Part shown: one piece after another, positions 6,991 through 16,033 of the stretch | Numbering within the stretch: the stretch's first letter is position 1 | How the letters are laid out: the number at the start of each line of letters is the position of its first letter | Source: a virus | Lineage: Duplodnaviria; Caudoviricetes | Virus record (IMG/VR): IMGVR_UViG_3300043400_000009 | Coordinates: 1-28,200 of that record | Direction: 5' to 3' (one strand) | DNA length: 28,200 nucleotides | Made by a program: the position numbers and the translations under genes | The notes under the pieces: model-generated | What the model saw: the letters and a program-made list of their open reading frames with translations, nothing else | Databases searched by the model: none | What the model was told of the DNA's origin: nothing

Positions 6991-7908
6991 TTAATCGTCC
7001 AACTCGTCTGAGTCCACGGCTTCGGTTTTAGGCTCGATCTTACCGCTTTTCGTGTAGTAAAAGTCTAGGAGCTTATCAAGCGCCTTCCAAGGCTTAGAGC
7101 CTGGGACTTTCTCAATAGTCAGAAACGCCTTGAGGCGATTGGCGATCTTTTCGTCATCCGCCTCATTGACATCCACCAGTCCGAGAACATCGGCTACACC
7201 AGCGTATTCCTGTCCGTCATCCTCGTCTTCGGTACTGCTAGTTTCATCAACCACGTTATCAGTAGTGGCTGGTTCAAAAGAAAACTCAGCCATATTAGTC
7301 ATTGACTCAAGTTCACTCGCCTCATAGGGCAGAACGTCAAGATCGACACCGTCAGTCTTCAATTCACTGACAAGCATGGCTAACTGGTCATTATTAGGAC
7401 GGCCCTTGGTTTCATTGAGCACAATTAGAAGCTTCTTTGCAGCAGCATCTGAGAGTAGGCCCAAATCGTTGACCGGCACTTTGTCCATCCCAAGAGCGGC
7501 GGCAGCGGACCATCGGTGCTCTCCCCCGACAATCTCGTACTGGTCAAACTTCCCATGCTCATTGCCAGAACGAACATCAATAGGATCGGAGAAGCCGAAT
7601 TCTTGGATAGACTTCTTTAGCTTCTCAAAGATGAAATCAGACTGCTTGTTATAATTGTGCGGGGCAGGCTTAATCTGAGAAAGAGAGACGACTTTATACT
7701 GACCGCGAATCTTTGGTACTCCGCCTGTAGACTTATCCTCCATAAATGAAGGATTAGACTTCTTGGGTTTCTTAGAATCTTTTGGAGTCTCCGGGATATA
7801 CGGCGTATCATCAATGTCCTCGTCGTCATCAGAGGGTACCGGAGGGCCACTACGAGCTACGGGCTTTCCGTATCGTTGGGCGCGGATGTTCTTGTGCGTG
7901 ACAGGCAT
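6991..7908 (-). CDS. ParB/Sulfiredoxin N-terminal domain protein
   Basis: IKPAPHNYN, SIQEFGFSDPIDVR, IVGGEHRW, LNETKG; acidic low-complexity flanks. Confidence 0.85.
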   Translation of the reverse strand: MPVTHKNIRAQRYGKPVARSGPPVPSDDDEDIDDTPYIPETPKDSKKPKKSNPSFMEDKSTGGVPKIRGQYKVVSLSQIKPAPHNYNKQSDFIFEKLKKSIQEFGFSDPIDVRSGNEHGKFDQYEIVGGEHRWSAAAALGMDKVPVNDLGLLSDAAAKKLLIVLNETKGRPNNDQLAMLVSELKTDGVDLDVLPYEASELESMTNMAEFSFEPATTDNVVDETSSTEDEDDGQEYAGVADVLGLVDVNEADDEKIANRLKAFLTIEKVPGSKPWKALDKLLDFYYTKSGKIEPKTEAVDSDELDD

Positions 7909-7909
7909 G

Positions 7910-8848
7910 TTATTTTCCTTGCTTTGTAGCGTAGGACAACGGGTCTACTACAGTAATGTCCGTGTCCGGGGTTTTTCTGCGGATTGATTCGTAGTGCAAA
8001 ACAGTTGAGCGTAGCCCACAAGACATCATTGTGATATAGTTCCTGCGAATCTTAGCCCCCAGTTTATACTCCGGGTGTCTTCGGCATATGTTGAGCATAG
8101 CATCCATGTGCTCAAGAACTTCTCTATGGATATGCGGCTGCACTATCCGCTTGCCATCACGGAAAGACATGGTGTTAAAACCAGCGTCAGTCATCCCATA
8201 TAAACTTATGCTAGCCCACGACGTTGTATCAAAACTAAAATTATCCGGCATGCTCTGCGCACCCATGCGATTCGTGCCTAGACAATGGATGTGTTTGGTT
8301 GCGACTTCTTTCCTGTAGCGAGTCATCATTCGCTGAAATACAGTATTATCGCGGCTATGGTTGAACAGCTCCCGAGGAGCGATAGCTATCCGAGGGTACT
8401 TTTCTAAAAGCTTCTCGAAGCCCTTAATCCCCTCCGGTATATGCCACGCGAACAGTGTTTTATGAACCAGTCCAGAATCTTCAAAAAGACCGCGCACCCT
8501 AGTCAGTAATGGGAGATCTGGGATAATCGTGTGGGTATCTACTTCTATAATGATGCCCGGCCACTTGATACGTTTTATAAGTTCTATGTACTTCTTGGCA
8601 TAGTTATAAAGGAAGTCTGGTGTTACGCCCCTGTCTTGGTGCATGTCCTTTACAAGCGAGTACACTCCAGAATCAAGAATCATTAATTTGGACGACGTAG
8701 TATTTATAAAATACTCCAACGTCGATAGCGGCTTAATCCCAAGAACAAATGGGTAAGCCGTTATGAGACTGTGGCTGACGCCCCATGAAAAACAGGGAGT
8801 GATTACATGATTCCCATGTTCAATCGCGGCTGGAATATACAGACTCAC
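7910..8848 (-). CDS. TGT/DpdA-like transglycosylase-fold protein (putative deazaguanine-inserting enzyme)
   Basis: MILDSGVYS, HIHCLG and SFDTTSW match the TGT-family DSG / H.LG / DS.SW motifs; adjacent to queC. Confidence 0.7.
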   Translation of the reverse strand: MSLYIPAAIEHGNHVITPCFSWGVSHSLITAYPFVLGIKPLSTLEYFINTTSSKLMILDSGVYSLVKDMHQDRGVTPDFLYNYAKKYIELIKRIKWPGIIIEVDTHTIIPDLPLLTRVRGLFEDSGLVHKTLFAWHIPEGIKGFEKLLEKYPRIAIAPRELFNHSRDNTVFQRMMTRYRKEVATKHIHCLGTNRMGAQSMPDNFSFDTTSWASISLYGMTDAGFNTMSFRDGKRIVQPHIHREVLEHMDAMLNICRRHPEYKLGAKIRRNYITMMSCGLRSTVLHYESIRRKTPDTDITVVDPLSYATKQGK

Positions 8849-9501
8849 AACAGCCCTAGTCTTACAGCTTCAGCCTTTCCCTGATTTCTCAGGAGGCAGG
8901 CAGGACATTCACCGCAACCGGGTGAGGCGTTATGGTAGCATGTGTGGGTTAAACGTTCAACGATATTGACCAGTCCAAAACTCTTAGCCATTCCCCAAAT
9001 CTCAGCCTTGGTTTTAGTTAATAGTGGCGCATGTATTACTATAGGAGTATCCAAGGCTACTGATAACGACTCCTGCATGGAATCTAGAAATCTACCACGG
9101 CAGTCCGGATAACCGGCATTGTCTGTTTGGCAGGCTCCTATGACAATGTGCCTAGCCTCGCATTGATACGCAATGCCAGCAGCGGTAGATAGGAACACAG
9201 CATTCCTGCCAGGGGTGAACGAAGATGGCAGATTATGATTAACCGGATGCACGCCAGTAGCTGTGGAGCTATTCGTAGTAAGTGTGGATGCTCCGACAGC
9301 GCCCGTGACGGTAGAAAAAAAGTGGTCTTTTGGGACAATACCAAAAGACGCCGCGACTACTCTTGCCGCGGCTAACTCACGCGTATGGCGTTGTCCGTAG
9401 TCTATCGTTATGGCGTAAACTTTTGTAAACTTAGCTTTTGCCCACGCGAGACAAACTGCGGAGTCCATTCCTCCACTGAGAAGTACGATAGCGTCGTTCA
9501 T
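8845..9501 (-). CDS. queC: 7-cyano-7-deazaguanine synthase QueC
   Basis: LLSGGMDS, YGQRH.RE, PGRN, GYPDCR, TKAEI, and C-terminal C...CGECPAC Zn site. Confidence 0.93.
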   Translation of the reverse strand: MNDAIVLLSGGMDSAVCLAWAKAKFTKVYAITIDYGQRHTRELAAARVVAASFGIVPKDHFFSTVTGAVGASTLTTNSSTATGVHPVNHNLPSSFTPGRNAVFLSTAAGIAYQCEARHIVIGACQTDNAGYPDCRGRFLDSMQESLSVALDTPIVIHAPLLTKTKAEIWGMAKSFGLVNIVERLTHTCYHNASPGCGECPACLLRNQGKAEAVRLGLL

Positions 9502-10240
9502 TTTTATCGCCGGTATTCCGGTAGTTTACGGGGTCAAATCCGAGTTCTTTTGTAGCGTCTTTCCAGATCAGACAAGAACAACATTTTCCGCATGGTTTAG
9601 GGGCGCTAAAAACGCACCAGTAAGCATCTGCATGGGTTACTCCGAGATAGTACCCGAGGAGAATGATGTCTCGTTTACTCAACTTATGGTCAAGAAACGG
9701 CGTAACCAGCCGTTGGGACGGTAGGAAGCCGCCGGCTTGAATAAGATTATTAAAAGCTTTTACAAATTTTGGGGCGTCATCACTGACATCTTCATTAGGA
9801 TCCTTAGCGATAGTTTCCCACCGCCAAGAGTCCATCTGAAAAGCCGCATAAACTTCGTCGCTACTTAATGATGACGCGATAGAGAACGCCAGTGTCAAAA
9901 ATAGTACTTGTCTACCGGTATCGTGCCCGTTGTACTTTGCTGTATGGTCCATACGGACAGCCCTAGCCCTGGGCTTCTTTGCATCAAATACTTGGAGTCC
10001 ACATTTAGCGATATCGAAGATCCTAAAATCAATTTTCTTATTGGCTAACTTTTCTAAATACGGAAGTTGCTTGGATGTTATCTTACGTGTAACGTGTCTA
10101 TGGTGCTTGTCCGTAGCCGTAAAATGTACCAAAGTTGGTACAGTTCCACGGCGATATCCGAATCCTTCTGGGTTGTCTATTATAGCGGCAGCCAGTGTTA
10201 AACTATCTAGGCCCCCGCTATAAAGGACAACCGGGGTCAT
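9431..10240 (-). CDS. Divergent QueC-like PP-loop ATPase
   Basis: LYSGGLDS, GR..LFL, TPF....SK.DI, WC......CGKCCSC; lacks YGQRH and YPDC. Confidence 0.8.
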   Translation of the reverse strand: MTPVVLYSGGLDSLTLAAAIIDNPEGFGYRRGTVPTLVHFTATDKHHRHVTRKITSKQLPYLEKLANKKIDFRIFDIAKCGLQVFDAKKPRARAVRMDHTAKYNGHDTGRQVLFLTLAFSIASSLSSDEVYAAFQMDSWRWETIAKDPNEDVSDDAPKFVKAFNNLIQAGGFLPSQRLVTPFLDHKLSKRDIILLGYYLGVTHADAYWCVFSAPKPCGKCCSCLIWKDATKELGFDPVNYRNTGDKNERRYRTSQWRNGLRSLSRVGKS

Positions 10241-10545
10241 TAGGAACCCTTACCGGTCTTGCTGCTAGGAGTCTTTGGGGCTATCTTGCGAGTCTTAGCG
10301 CCTTTATCACCGCCAGTAATGGCAGTAAGCTTCTTTGACCCTTTCTTACCAACCCAACGCTGGCCAGAAACGTCCTTAACAGACCGGATCTGCTTATTGC
10401 GCCCCTGCTTGATAAGCTGCTTGATTGGTGTAGCGCGTGCTTTGAACTCACGTTTCTTTGGAGCGGCCTTAGCCTTCTTACTGGTACGTGCTGAGACAGT
10501 CTTCTTGGGGGCAGACTTTTTAACTGCCTTTTTAGCCTTAGCCAT
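10240..10545 (-). CDS. Lys/Ala-rich histone-H1-like basic protein
   Basis: MAKAKKAVKKSAPKK...; extremely basic; AAAGGA Shine-Dalgarno. Confidence 0.7.
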   Translation of the reverse strand: MAKAKKAVKKSAPKKTVSARTSKKAKAAPKKREFKARATPIKQLIKQGRNKQIRSVKDVSGQRWVGKKGSKKLTAITGGDKGAKTRKIAPKTPSSKTGKGS

Positions 10546-10596
10546 GATTTAATCCTTTAACGTAGAGCTTGCATGTTAATTTTTTATAGCATTAAG

Positions 10597-10609
10597 CAAA
10601 CAGTGTTTG
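10597..10609. promoter_or_regulatory. Palindromic motif (G)CAAACAGTGTTTG(C)
   Basis: Intergenic, upstream of the basic protein/QueC operon. Confidence 0.72.
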
Positions 10610-10611
10610 CG

Positions 10612-10944
10612 TTACGCCACGCCTATAGCATCACGGCTTAGAGGTGGTTGCGCGAGTTCTACGTGGGTAATGTTTTGTAGCACAATGATATCACTGCCAG
10701 AAGCATGAGAAACCATGAATACTCGGTCGCCCTTGGCGATACTGTCGTTTAGTTCATAAAATCTACGAGAAGCACGTTCAAGCGTACTGAAACTATAACG
10801 ATCTGAGCTATCTCTGACGTAGTGTATACTAAGATCGTAAGTAACTTCGGCGGTCTGCGGTACTGCGGGCTCTGTAGCCGGGTCACTAGGCGAGTCTACT
10901 GACGGCTGACATGACTTAATACTGAAAGGCCACATCTTAAGCAT
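10612..10944 (-). CDS. Hypothetical protein
   Basis: ATG at 10944 with GGAG Shine-Dalgarno, overlapping the upstream stop. Confidence 0.6.
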   Translation of the reverse strand: MLKMWPFSIKSCQPSVDSPSDPATEPAVPQTAEVTYDLSIHYVRDSSDRYSFSTLERASRRFYELNDSIAKGDRVFMVSHASGSDIIVLQNITHVELAQPPLSRDAIGVA

Positions 10945-11098
10945 GCTCCACAACGATCTCACCCGACTGAATCTTGCCCCAGTAAGACTCAGCAGCCTTG
11001 AGCAGTGTTTCGTTAGGACCACGATCTTCCGCTATGATCTTTTGAAGCTGATCCCATTGTTTAGGAGACAGCAGCGTTACTACTGGAGTTTCTTGCAT
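10937..11098 (-). CDS. DUF1778 (TacA/AtaR antitoxin) C-terminal-like small protein, 53 aa
   Basis: LLSPKQWDQLQKIIAEDRGPNETLLKAAESY resembles the DUF1778 LS...W..F...L..P..PN..L..A...Y motif; ATG lies 1 nt after the upstream TAG. Confidence 0.55.
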   Translation of the reverse strand: MQETPVVTLLSPKQWDQLQKIIAEDRGPNETLLKAAESYWGKIQSGEIVVEHA

Positions 11099-11099
11099 A

Positions 11100-11291
11100 C
11101 TAGCCTTCGTGAATTGGCTTGGGGGCTTCGGGCGAAGTGCTCTCACGGAGCGACTTGGCGGCTTGCTCACGGAGCGACTTGGCGGCTTGCTCACGGTCAA
11201 GAACACGGACCAGCTTCTGCTGCCCGTTCTGAACTACTTCAAGGGTGTTTACATCTTCAGTTAAGAGGCCGGGATCGGGGTTGTTGCTCAT
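11100..11291 (-). CDS. Hypothetical protein with duplicated REQAAKSL (possibly leaderless)
   Basis: ATG 7 nt downstream of a predicted -10 element. Confidence 0.5.
   Translation of the reverse strand: MSNNPDPGLLTEDVNTLEVVQNGQQKLVRVLDREQAAKSLREQAAKSLRESTSPEAPKPIHEG
11142..11196. repeat. 24-bp tandem repeat, 2.3 copies
   Basis: ctcacggagcgacttggcggcttg twice, plus ctcacgg. Confidence 0.95.
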
Positions 11292-11298
11292 GGCTGAA

Positions 11299-11325
11299 AC
11301 CATAAAGGCAAATAATTACTGTCAA
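11299..11325 (-). promoter_or_regulatory. Sigma70-like promoter TTGACA-N15-TATGGT
   Basis: Perfect -35 and a good -10 in the intergenic gap. Confidence 0.55.
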
Positions 11326-11328
11326 TAA

Positions 11329-11817
11329 CTACTTTCTATTTATCTTTCTTTTCTTCTGAACTCTCAAATACGCATATTCTTTCAAATAGTTTTCTATGCG
11401 TCCAACGTCACCCGGTCCAGCGGGAGCTTTGACTCTGACGTAGTTGGTTCTTATCTTTGCCATCTGCTGCTTAAATCGACCACCATTCGCGGCGTCGTTA
11501 CCAAGACCATCAACAACCCTCTTCCATAACCTAAAACGTCCTTTGTGAGCTTTCCTTCCACGAACAGTTGCCCAACTAGTAGCTGGTGGATCCGCGAACA
11601 AGATCCCTAAGTTAGGAATACCAGCAGGCTCGGCACGAAGCAGCTGTCGAATTATAACATCGGCTAATTCCTCTAAAATATAAACACAATCCGGAAGCGT
11701 AAGACCGGTTGACCGAGATAACTCAGCGGCAGTTCGCATGCCCGCTACATAAACATTGTGCCGCTTATCCGGCCTCCCGTAGCGGGCATGCCCAACCCCT
11801 GGTATCTTGTCAGCCAT
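11329..11817 (-). CDS. HU/IHF-like DNA-binding protein
   Basis: AELSRSTGLT......ILEELADVIIRQL......IPNLGI matches the HU helices plus beta strand; ATG at 11817 with GAGG Shine-Dalgarno. Confidence 0.6.
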   Translation of the reverse strand: MADKIPGVGHARYGRPDKRHNVYVAGMRTAAELSRSTGLTLPDCVYILEELADVIIRQLLRAEPAGIPNLGILFADPPATSWATVRGRKAHKGRFRLWKRVVDGLGNDAANGGRFKQQMAKIRTNYVRVKAPAGPGDVGRIENYLKEYAYLRVQKKRKINRK

Positions 11818-13948
11818 CCTCACCCTCAAGCAAAGACGAAAGAGTTTTCATGTTACGCGCCTGACTCATCGGCACTCCCGTACGGGAATACAAGATAGAA
11901 TCAGTAGCCCGTACTTCTTCAAGACGGCTAATAGCCGTGGCCAGCCTAGGGTTTTGTTTAATCATCGCCTTAATCATTTTTGTCTGCGACTCAGTGGCAT
12001 TGGGGGCCGCAGAGCCCAGAGCCGAGAGATCAATTCCTTCTTGGCCTCCATTTGATACACCCTGACTACGATCAATAAGATCGTCAACTTGGGTCTCAGT
12101 GAACTTCAGGATGTTCAGCATTACCCACTTGGTCCACTCATAGGAATCCACAGTGGTATGCATATCTGGGCCTTGCGGCTGAAACATATTGAGAGCAGTG
12201 GTCGCCAACTGATAGCGCAGATCCAATAAATCCAGCTTTTCATATTCAGCCAGATAGTTACTGGTTTCCATAACGACATCAAAGTTCTTGCCTTCAAGGC
12301 GGTAGTCGAACTTAGTATCTTCTGGATCCTTTGATAAAAGAGCAAGATGAATCTCTGCCAGATCGCGAAGACCATTGATAAACGAGAACTGAACACGCTG
12401 TATAGCGCGGGCGTAGACCACGTTCTGCGATGTAAAACGCTTCTTCCGGTCAATGTCTATTCCAGCACTGTTCTGTCCCATGTAGCCAAAAAGTTCTTTC
12501 GGCATACGGACAGTAGCGAAGAACGAGTCAAGATAAAAAATTATGTCTTCCATGTCCCCAGCACCAGAAGTACCGGGCTGACGGATAACTTCGGTCTGCG
12601 AATCTTTGCGCTTGGCAAGGAACATATCGTCAGAAGCAGCAGGAGGAATGAACTGATAGTTCATGGTACCGCCTGTCGGATTCAATGTCGTACGCTCACG
12701 GTAGGCATCACGGTACTGCTTGAGGATACGGCGCTCCTCAGTCGGGTCATTGGTGCCAGTATCAATGAAATGAACGTCACGGGCAGGGCGGCGGTTGATA
12801 CGGTAGAACAACTGCTCGTCAGTGGCCATAACGCAGTTATGAACAACTACGCCGTTGGAAATGAAATTGTGTAGCTCATGCTCCACAGTTATGTCATAGA
12901 CATCTTGATTACCAATCGGCTCACATGAGACCACCCGCTCATGAAGATAGAACAACTGAGGGAGATCCGGAGTCTCCGGAACAACGATTAAGGATGTAGC
13001 TTTTTCGGCGTCCACGTACTCAAATCCGTCGTCAGGAACCCATTCCTCTTCCTTCTTGGCATGCAAAACCGGGTGATCCGGCGTCATAGTCACAGTGCGC
13101 CCGGTGTTAGTGGTAATTTTAACCACCGCCTTGTTACCAGTCTTACCGCAAGCGACTACCCGAGTCTTTACTAACTTAAACTTATTGGCGTCATAAGAAT
13201 AAACTACATCATTTACTTTAAGATCTTGGATGTAAACTGGACCATTTGGAGTTGATACTTCTGAAAAAATGGCTTGACACTGCTTCCAAGGACGGGCGGC
13301 GCTATGGAATATTGACGTACCGTACTTCGAGGAACGGTGCTTGGCAAGATTACGGAAATGCACGTAGTCCCAGGGCCATGATACGGGAGACTTATTGTCG
13401 GTCTTGTAGCCTACGCCGTCCTCCTTGAAACCGATAAGCTGCCCGGTGCGTCTTTCTACTCGTTCTATCTTTTCAGGGTCAGTATAGGAGAGTCCCACCA
13501 CACCCTTACCACGAACGTAAATGGTGCGCTCGAAGTCATCACCCATGCCAGCCATGGTGCGGATCATGGGGCTTGCAAGTTCGTCCAAATTCAACTGAAC
13601 ACGCATGTCCTTTAGGGCACCGGCTATTACTGAGTCATTACTTTGGAAAAGTATCTTCTGGTTCTTGGACTCAGACAAACCCTCAGACAGCGGCTGAGTG
13701 GCGTCGTCAGCATACTGATCTGCTACAACTGCCGCTATGTCAGTGTTATCCATTGCAGTGTAGATCGCATAACGCTTCTTGCGATCAGTCTCAATGAACA
13801 TCGACTTCTGAAAATCCGACCACCGATTATTTGGGTTGTCCGGGTCAATGTCACGAATGTTCGGATTTGTGCCAGGAATAGGAGTAGCGTCACCGCCAAA
13901 TAGCCGGAGGAGCTTGGCGTTAAGACCGAAGGGCAGATTTAAAGACAT
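11810..13948 (-). CDS. Portal protein (T4 gp20-like), mini-intein-containing
   Basis: Follows terL; YVHFR, YGTSI, RPWKQ, FYRINRRPARDVHFIDTG, DMEDI.FY, VRMPK. ATG at 13948 preferred over the TTG at 13960. Confidence 0.88.
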   Translation of the reverse strand: MSLNLPFGLNAKLLRLFGGDATPIPGTNPNIRDIDPDNPNNRWSDFQKSMFIETDRKKRYAIYTAMDNTDIAAVVADQYADDATQPLSEGLSESKNQKILFQSNDSVIAGALKDMRVQLNLDELASPMIRTMAGMGDDFERTIYVRGKGVVGLSYTDPEKIERVERRTGQLIGFKEDGVGYKTDNKSPVSWPWDYVHFRNLAKHRSSKYGTSIFHSAARPWKQCQAIFSEVSTPNGPVYIQDLKVNDVVYSYDANKFKLVKTRVVACGKTGNKAVVKITTNTGRTVTMTPDHPVLHAKKEEEWVPDDGFEYVDAEKATSLIVVPETPDLPQLFYLHERVVSCEPIGNQDVYDITVEHELHNFISNGVVVHNCVMATDEQLFYRINRRPARDVHFIDTGTNDPTEERRILKQYRDAYRERTTLNPTGGTMNYQFIPPAASDDMFLAKRKDSQTEVIRQPGTSGAGDMEDIIFYLDSFFATVRMPKELFGYMGQNSAGIDIDRKKRFTSQNVVYARAIQRVQFSFINGLRDLAEIHLALLSKDPEDTKFDYRLEGKNFDVVMETSNYLAEYEKLDLLDLRYQLATTALNMFQPQGPDMHTTVDSYEWTKWVMLNILKFTETQVDDLIDRSQGVSNGGQEGIDLSALGSAAPNATESQTKMIKAMIKQNPRLATAISRLEEVRATDSILYSRTGVPMSQARNMKTLSSLLEGEDG
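12836..13279 (-). mobile_element. Mini-intein (148 aa, no endonuclease) in the portal protein
   Basis: CQAIFSEVSTPNG...MTPDHPV...VYDITVEHELHNFISNGVVVHN|C. Confidence 0.92.
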
Positions 13949-13957
13949 GGTGTAACT

Positions 13958-13970
13958 CAAACAGTGTTTG
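13958..13970. promoter_or_regulatory. Palindromic motif CAAACAGTGTTTG
   Basis: Between terL and portal, about 10 nt from the portal ATG. Confidence 0.72.
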
Positions 13971-13975
13971 CGTGA

Positions 13976-16033
13976 TTAGCGTTTCTTGCTACGGCGGATG
14001 GCTTCGCGTTCCCGATCAAGGCTGCCCCATAGTATGGATCCAGCCACCGTTGCGACCGATTTGTTTATCCTACCAGCATGGTTAGGTTTCCAGTCTGGCA
14101 TGACTTCTCTGAGGTCTGCTGAGGCCCTATGGTCGGTCAAACAATGGTAGACGCTGCCGGTTAGAGCATCGCTGCAATCATTTGAATTTCCCTTGACGTG
14201 ATCAACCAAACGCTTCTCAATATCGTGCTGTAACCCAACCAATTCTTTGATGACCGGAGGGTAATCGTACATGAGTATTCGGTGGTCAGTGAACGCCTGC
14301 TGAAGCATGAGATATGGGTCGTCGTTATTCACACCAGACACAGAAAGATGCTTAACTTCAAAGCTATCCTTCTCCAACAACTGCATAAGATATTCAGACT
14401 GGTATTGGTCGCAGCTACCCATGAGTAACGGCATGCCCATGTCCCTAAGATGCACAATCATCTCATGGATCTTTGAAATGTCCGTCTTACTACCCATCGG
14501 AGGCTTGATCTTAATCATAAGATCAACAACGATCATGGGGACGTGAACTACGTACGTTGTTCCGTCTGGTCTGGTTCTTTCGGTTCTCTTCTTTCCTGCC
14601 ATGTGGGCCACGGTGAAACCGGCTGAGTCGTGTTTAATACCCAGATCGAGATGCCAGAAACGTGGAGAAGAGGGGCTGTTCTTGAGTACGTAGTTAGAGC
14701 CTTCAATGCTGAACAGCTTCTCCGGGAGGAAGTAATGGTGTGCATGGATGCGGTCATCTTCTACGTCTAGGACTATCTCTTCCTTGGTGAACGGGTGCTG
14801 TAACTCGGGGGTTATGGCGTCGTGGAGCACAGCCCGATTACGGAATAGATTGGACAGTCCGAATGTGGCTACACCGGCCATGTCTCTTAGGCTCTTGTCT
14901 ATGTCTGCTTCAAACTCCTTTCGCAGTAGCTCGGGGACTTCTACGACGCGAGCACCCTGTCTGAATTCTTCTCCAAGTTTTAATATCCGAGAGGGGAATA
15001 TCTGATCGCCAACTTCTACTCTGAATCTGCCACACTTAGCATACGTCTCCGGTTTGGCCTCCCACTGCGAGTACTCATAAAGCTTAGTCACCCCACGGGC
15101 AATATCTTCTTTTACGTCTTCAATGTGTTCTTCCAAGAATGACTGGGTTGAACGCTTGGATGAACAAAGGATTAAAAGACACGGGTTCTTGCCTGAAGAC
15201 TGCAAGAAACGTGACTTCATACGAGTTGAGGCTTCGTTGTAGATAGCCTGTGGCTGGCTCTTGTTTTCTACGTTGTTTGAATCACTGGCACTATTACTAG
15301 GGCTGTAGTTCACCTCGTCCGAGGCCATTGCCACCAAGTCCCTTCCGAGGACGTGGAAGGCTTTAGAACCGGGCACTAGCTCCAATGGGTGCTTCGTAAA
15401 CGCAGTCTTAGAAGTCATCTTCGTATTATATGGAAACTTCTCTAGGAACCATCTTGACTGCTCAATCATGCCACGGCACTTGGCGTATATGCCGTCGTTA
15501 GCCTGTCCCTTGGTAACTGAGTAAACACCAAGGATAATAGCGTTGGTCTGCTGAAGATTGTAGTACTTATGCGGGTTGCGGAGGCAGGCTAAACGATACA
15601 AGAAATAAGCCATGAGTAGGGCCGCAAAACTTGTCTTGCCAATTCCTATTGAACCCCCTAGTATTACTTCTATAATAGGAGCAGAAGGATCGAAGATCTC
15701 AACTATTGCTTCCTTCCAACACGGGAACAAAGTTCTATTTATTTCACTGGGAACGTAGTAAGGATTCTCCAACCACTCTATGACACCGAGAGGCTTTTCC
15801 CAATAGTCCACCATCCAAAGATGGTCAAGTGTGCCAGATGCTAGGTCGTCTGATTCCGACATTTCCTGGAGGATCTGGACAGCTATGATTCTCTCCGACT
15901 CTGATAACGAGTTGAAGAATGCTTGCCCATCATTCCCAAGACCCTCGAATAACCTGCTCTCCAGAGTATCTATGTTACCACGATACTTTTTGGGAATGAT
16001 TATATTCTTTTTAGTCGTCTTCAGCTTCGACAT
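13976..16033 (-). CDS. terL: Terminase large subunit
   Basis: Walker A GGSIGIGKT, Walker B MASDE, coupling motif LCSS, RNase-H-fold nuclease HLDLG...DSAG, CDQYQS, DH..G.S.DCSDA; upstream of portal. Confidence 0.9.
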   Translation of the reverse strand: MSKLKTTKKNIIIPKKYRGNIDTLESRLFEGLGNDGQAFFNSLSESERIIAVQILQEMSESDDLASGTLDHLWMVDYWEKPLGVIEWLENPYYVPSEINRTLFPCWKEAIVEIFDPSAPIIEVILGGSIGIGKTSFAALLMAYFLYRLACLRNPHKYYNLQQTNAIILGVYSVTKGQANDGIYAKCRGMIEQSRWFLEKFPYNTKMTSKTAFTKHPLELVPGSKAFHVLGRDLVAMASDEVNYSPSNSASDSNNVENKSQPQAIYNEASTRMKSRFLQSSGKNPCLLILCSSKRSTQSFLEEHIEDVKEDIARGVTKLYEYSQWEAKPETYAKCGRFRVEVGDQIFPSRILKLGEEFRQGARVVEVPELLRKEFEADIDKSLRDMAGVATFGLSNLFRNRAVLHDAITPELQHPFTKEEIVLDVEDDRIHAHHYFLPEKLFSIEGSNYVLKNSPSSPRFWHLDLGIKHDSAGFTVAHMAGKKRTERTRPDGTTYVVHVPMIVVDLMIKIKPPMGSKTDISKIHEMIVHLRDMGMPLLMGSCDQYQSEYLMQLLEKDSFEVKHLSVSGVNNDDPYLMLQQAFTDHRILMYDYPPVIKELVGLQHDIEKRLVDHVKGNSNDCSDALTGSVYHCLTDHRASADLREVMPDWKPNHAGRINKSVATVAGSILWGSLDREREAIRRSKKR

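Noticed and set aside
8448-8462. Partial palindrome match (GCGAACAGTGTTTTA); also GCAAACACTTTGC near 19852
   Set aside because: Both lie inside ORFs and are mismatched; likely chance.
11142-11196. 24-bp repeat as CRISPR or iterons
   Set aside because: No spacers; it is an in-frame coding duplication.
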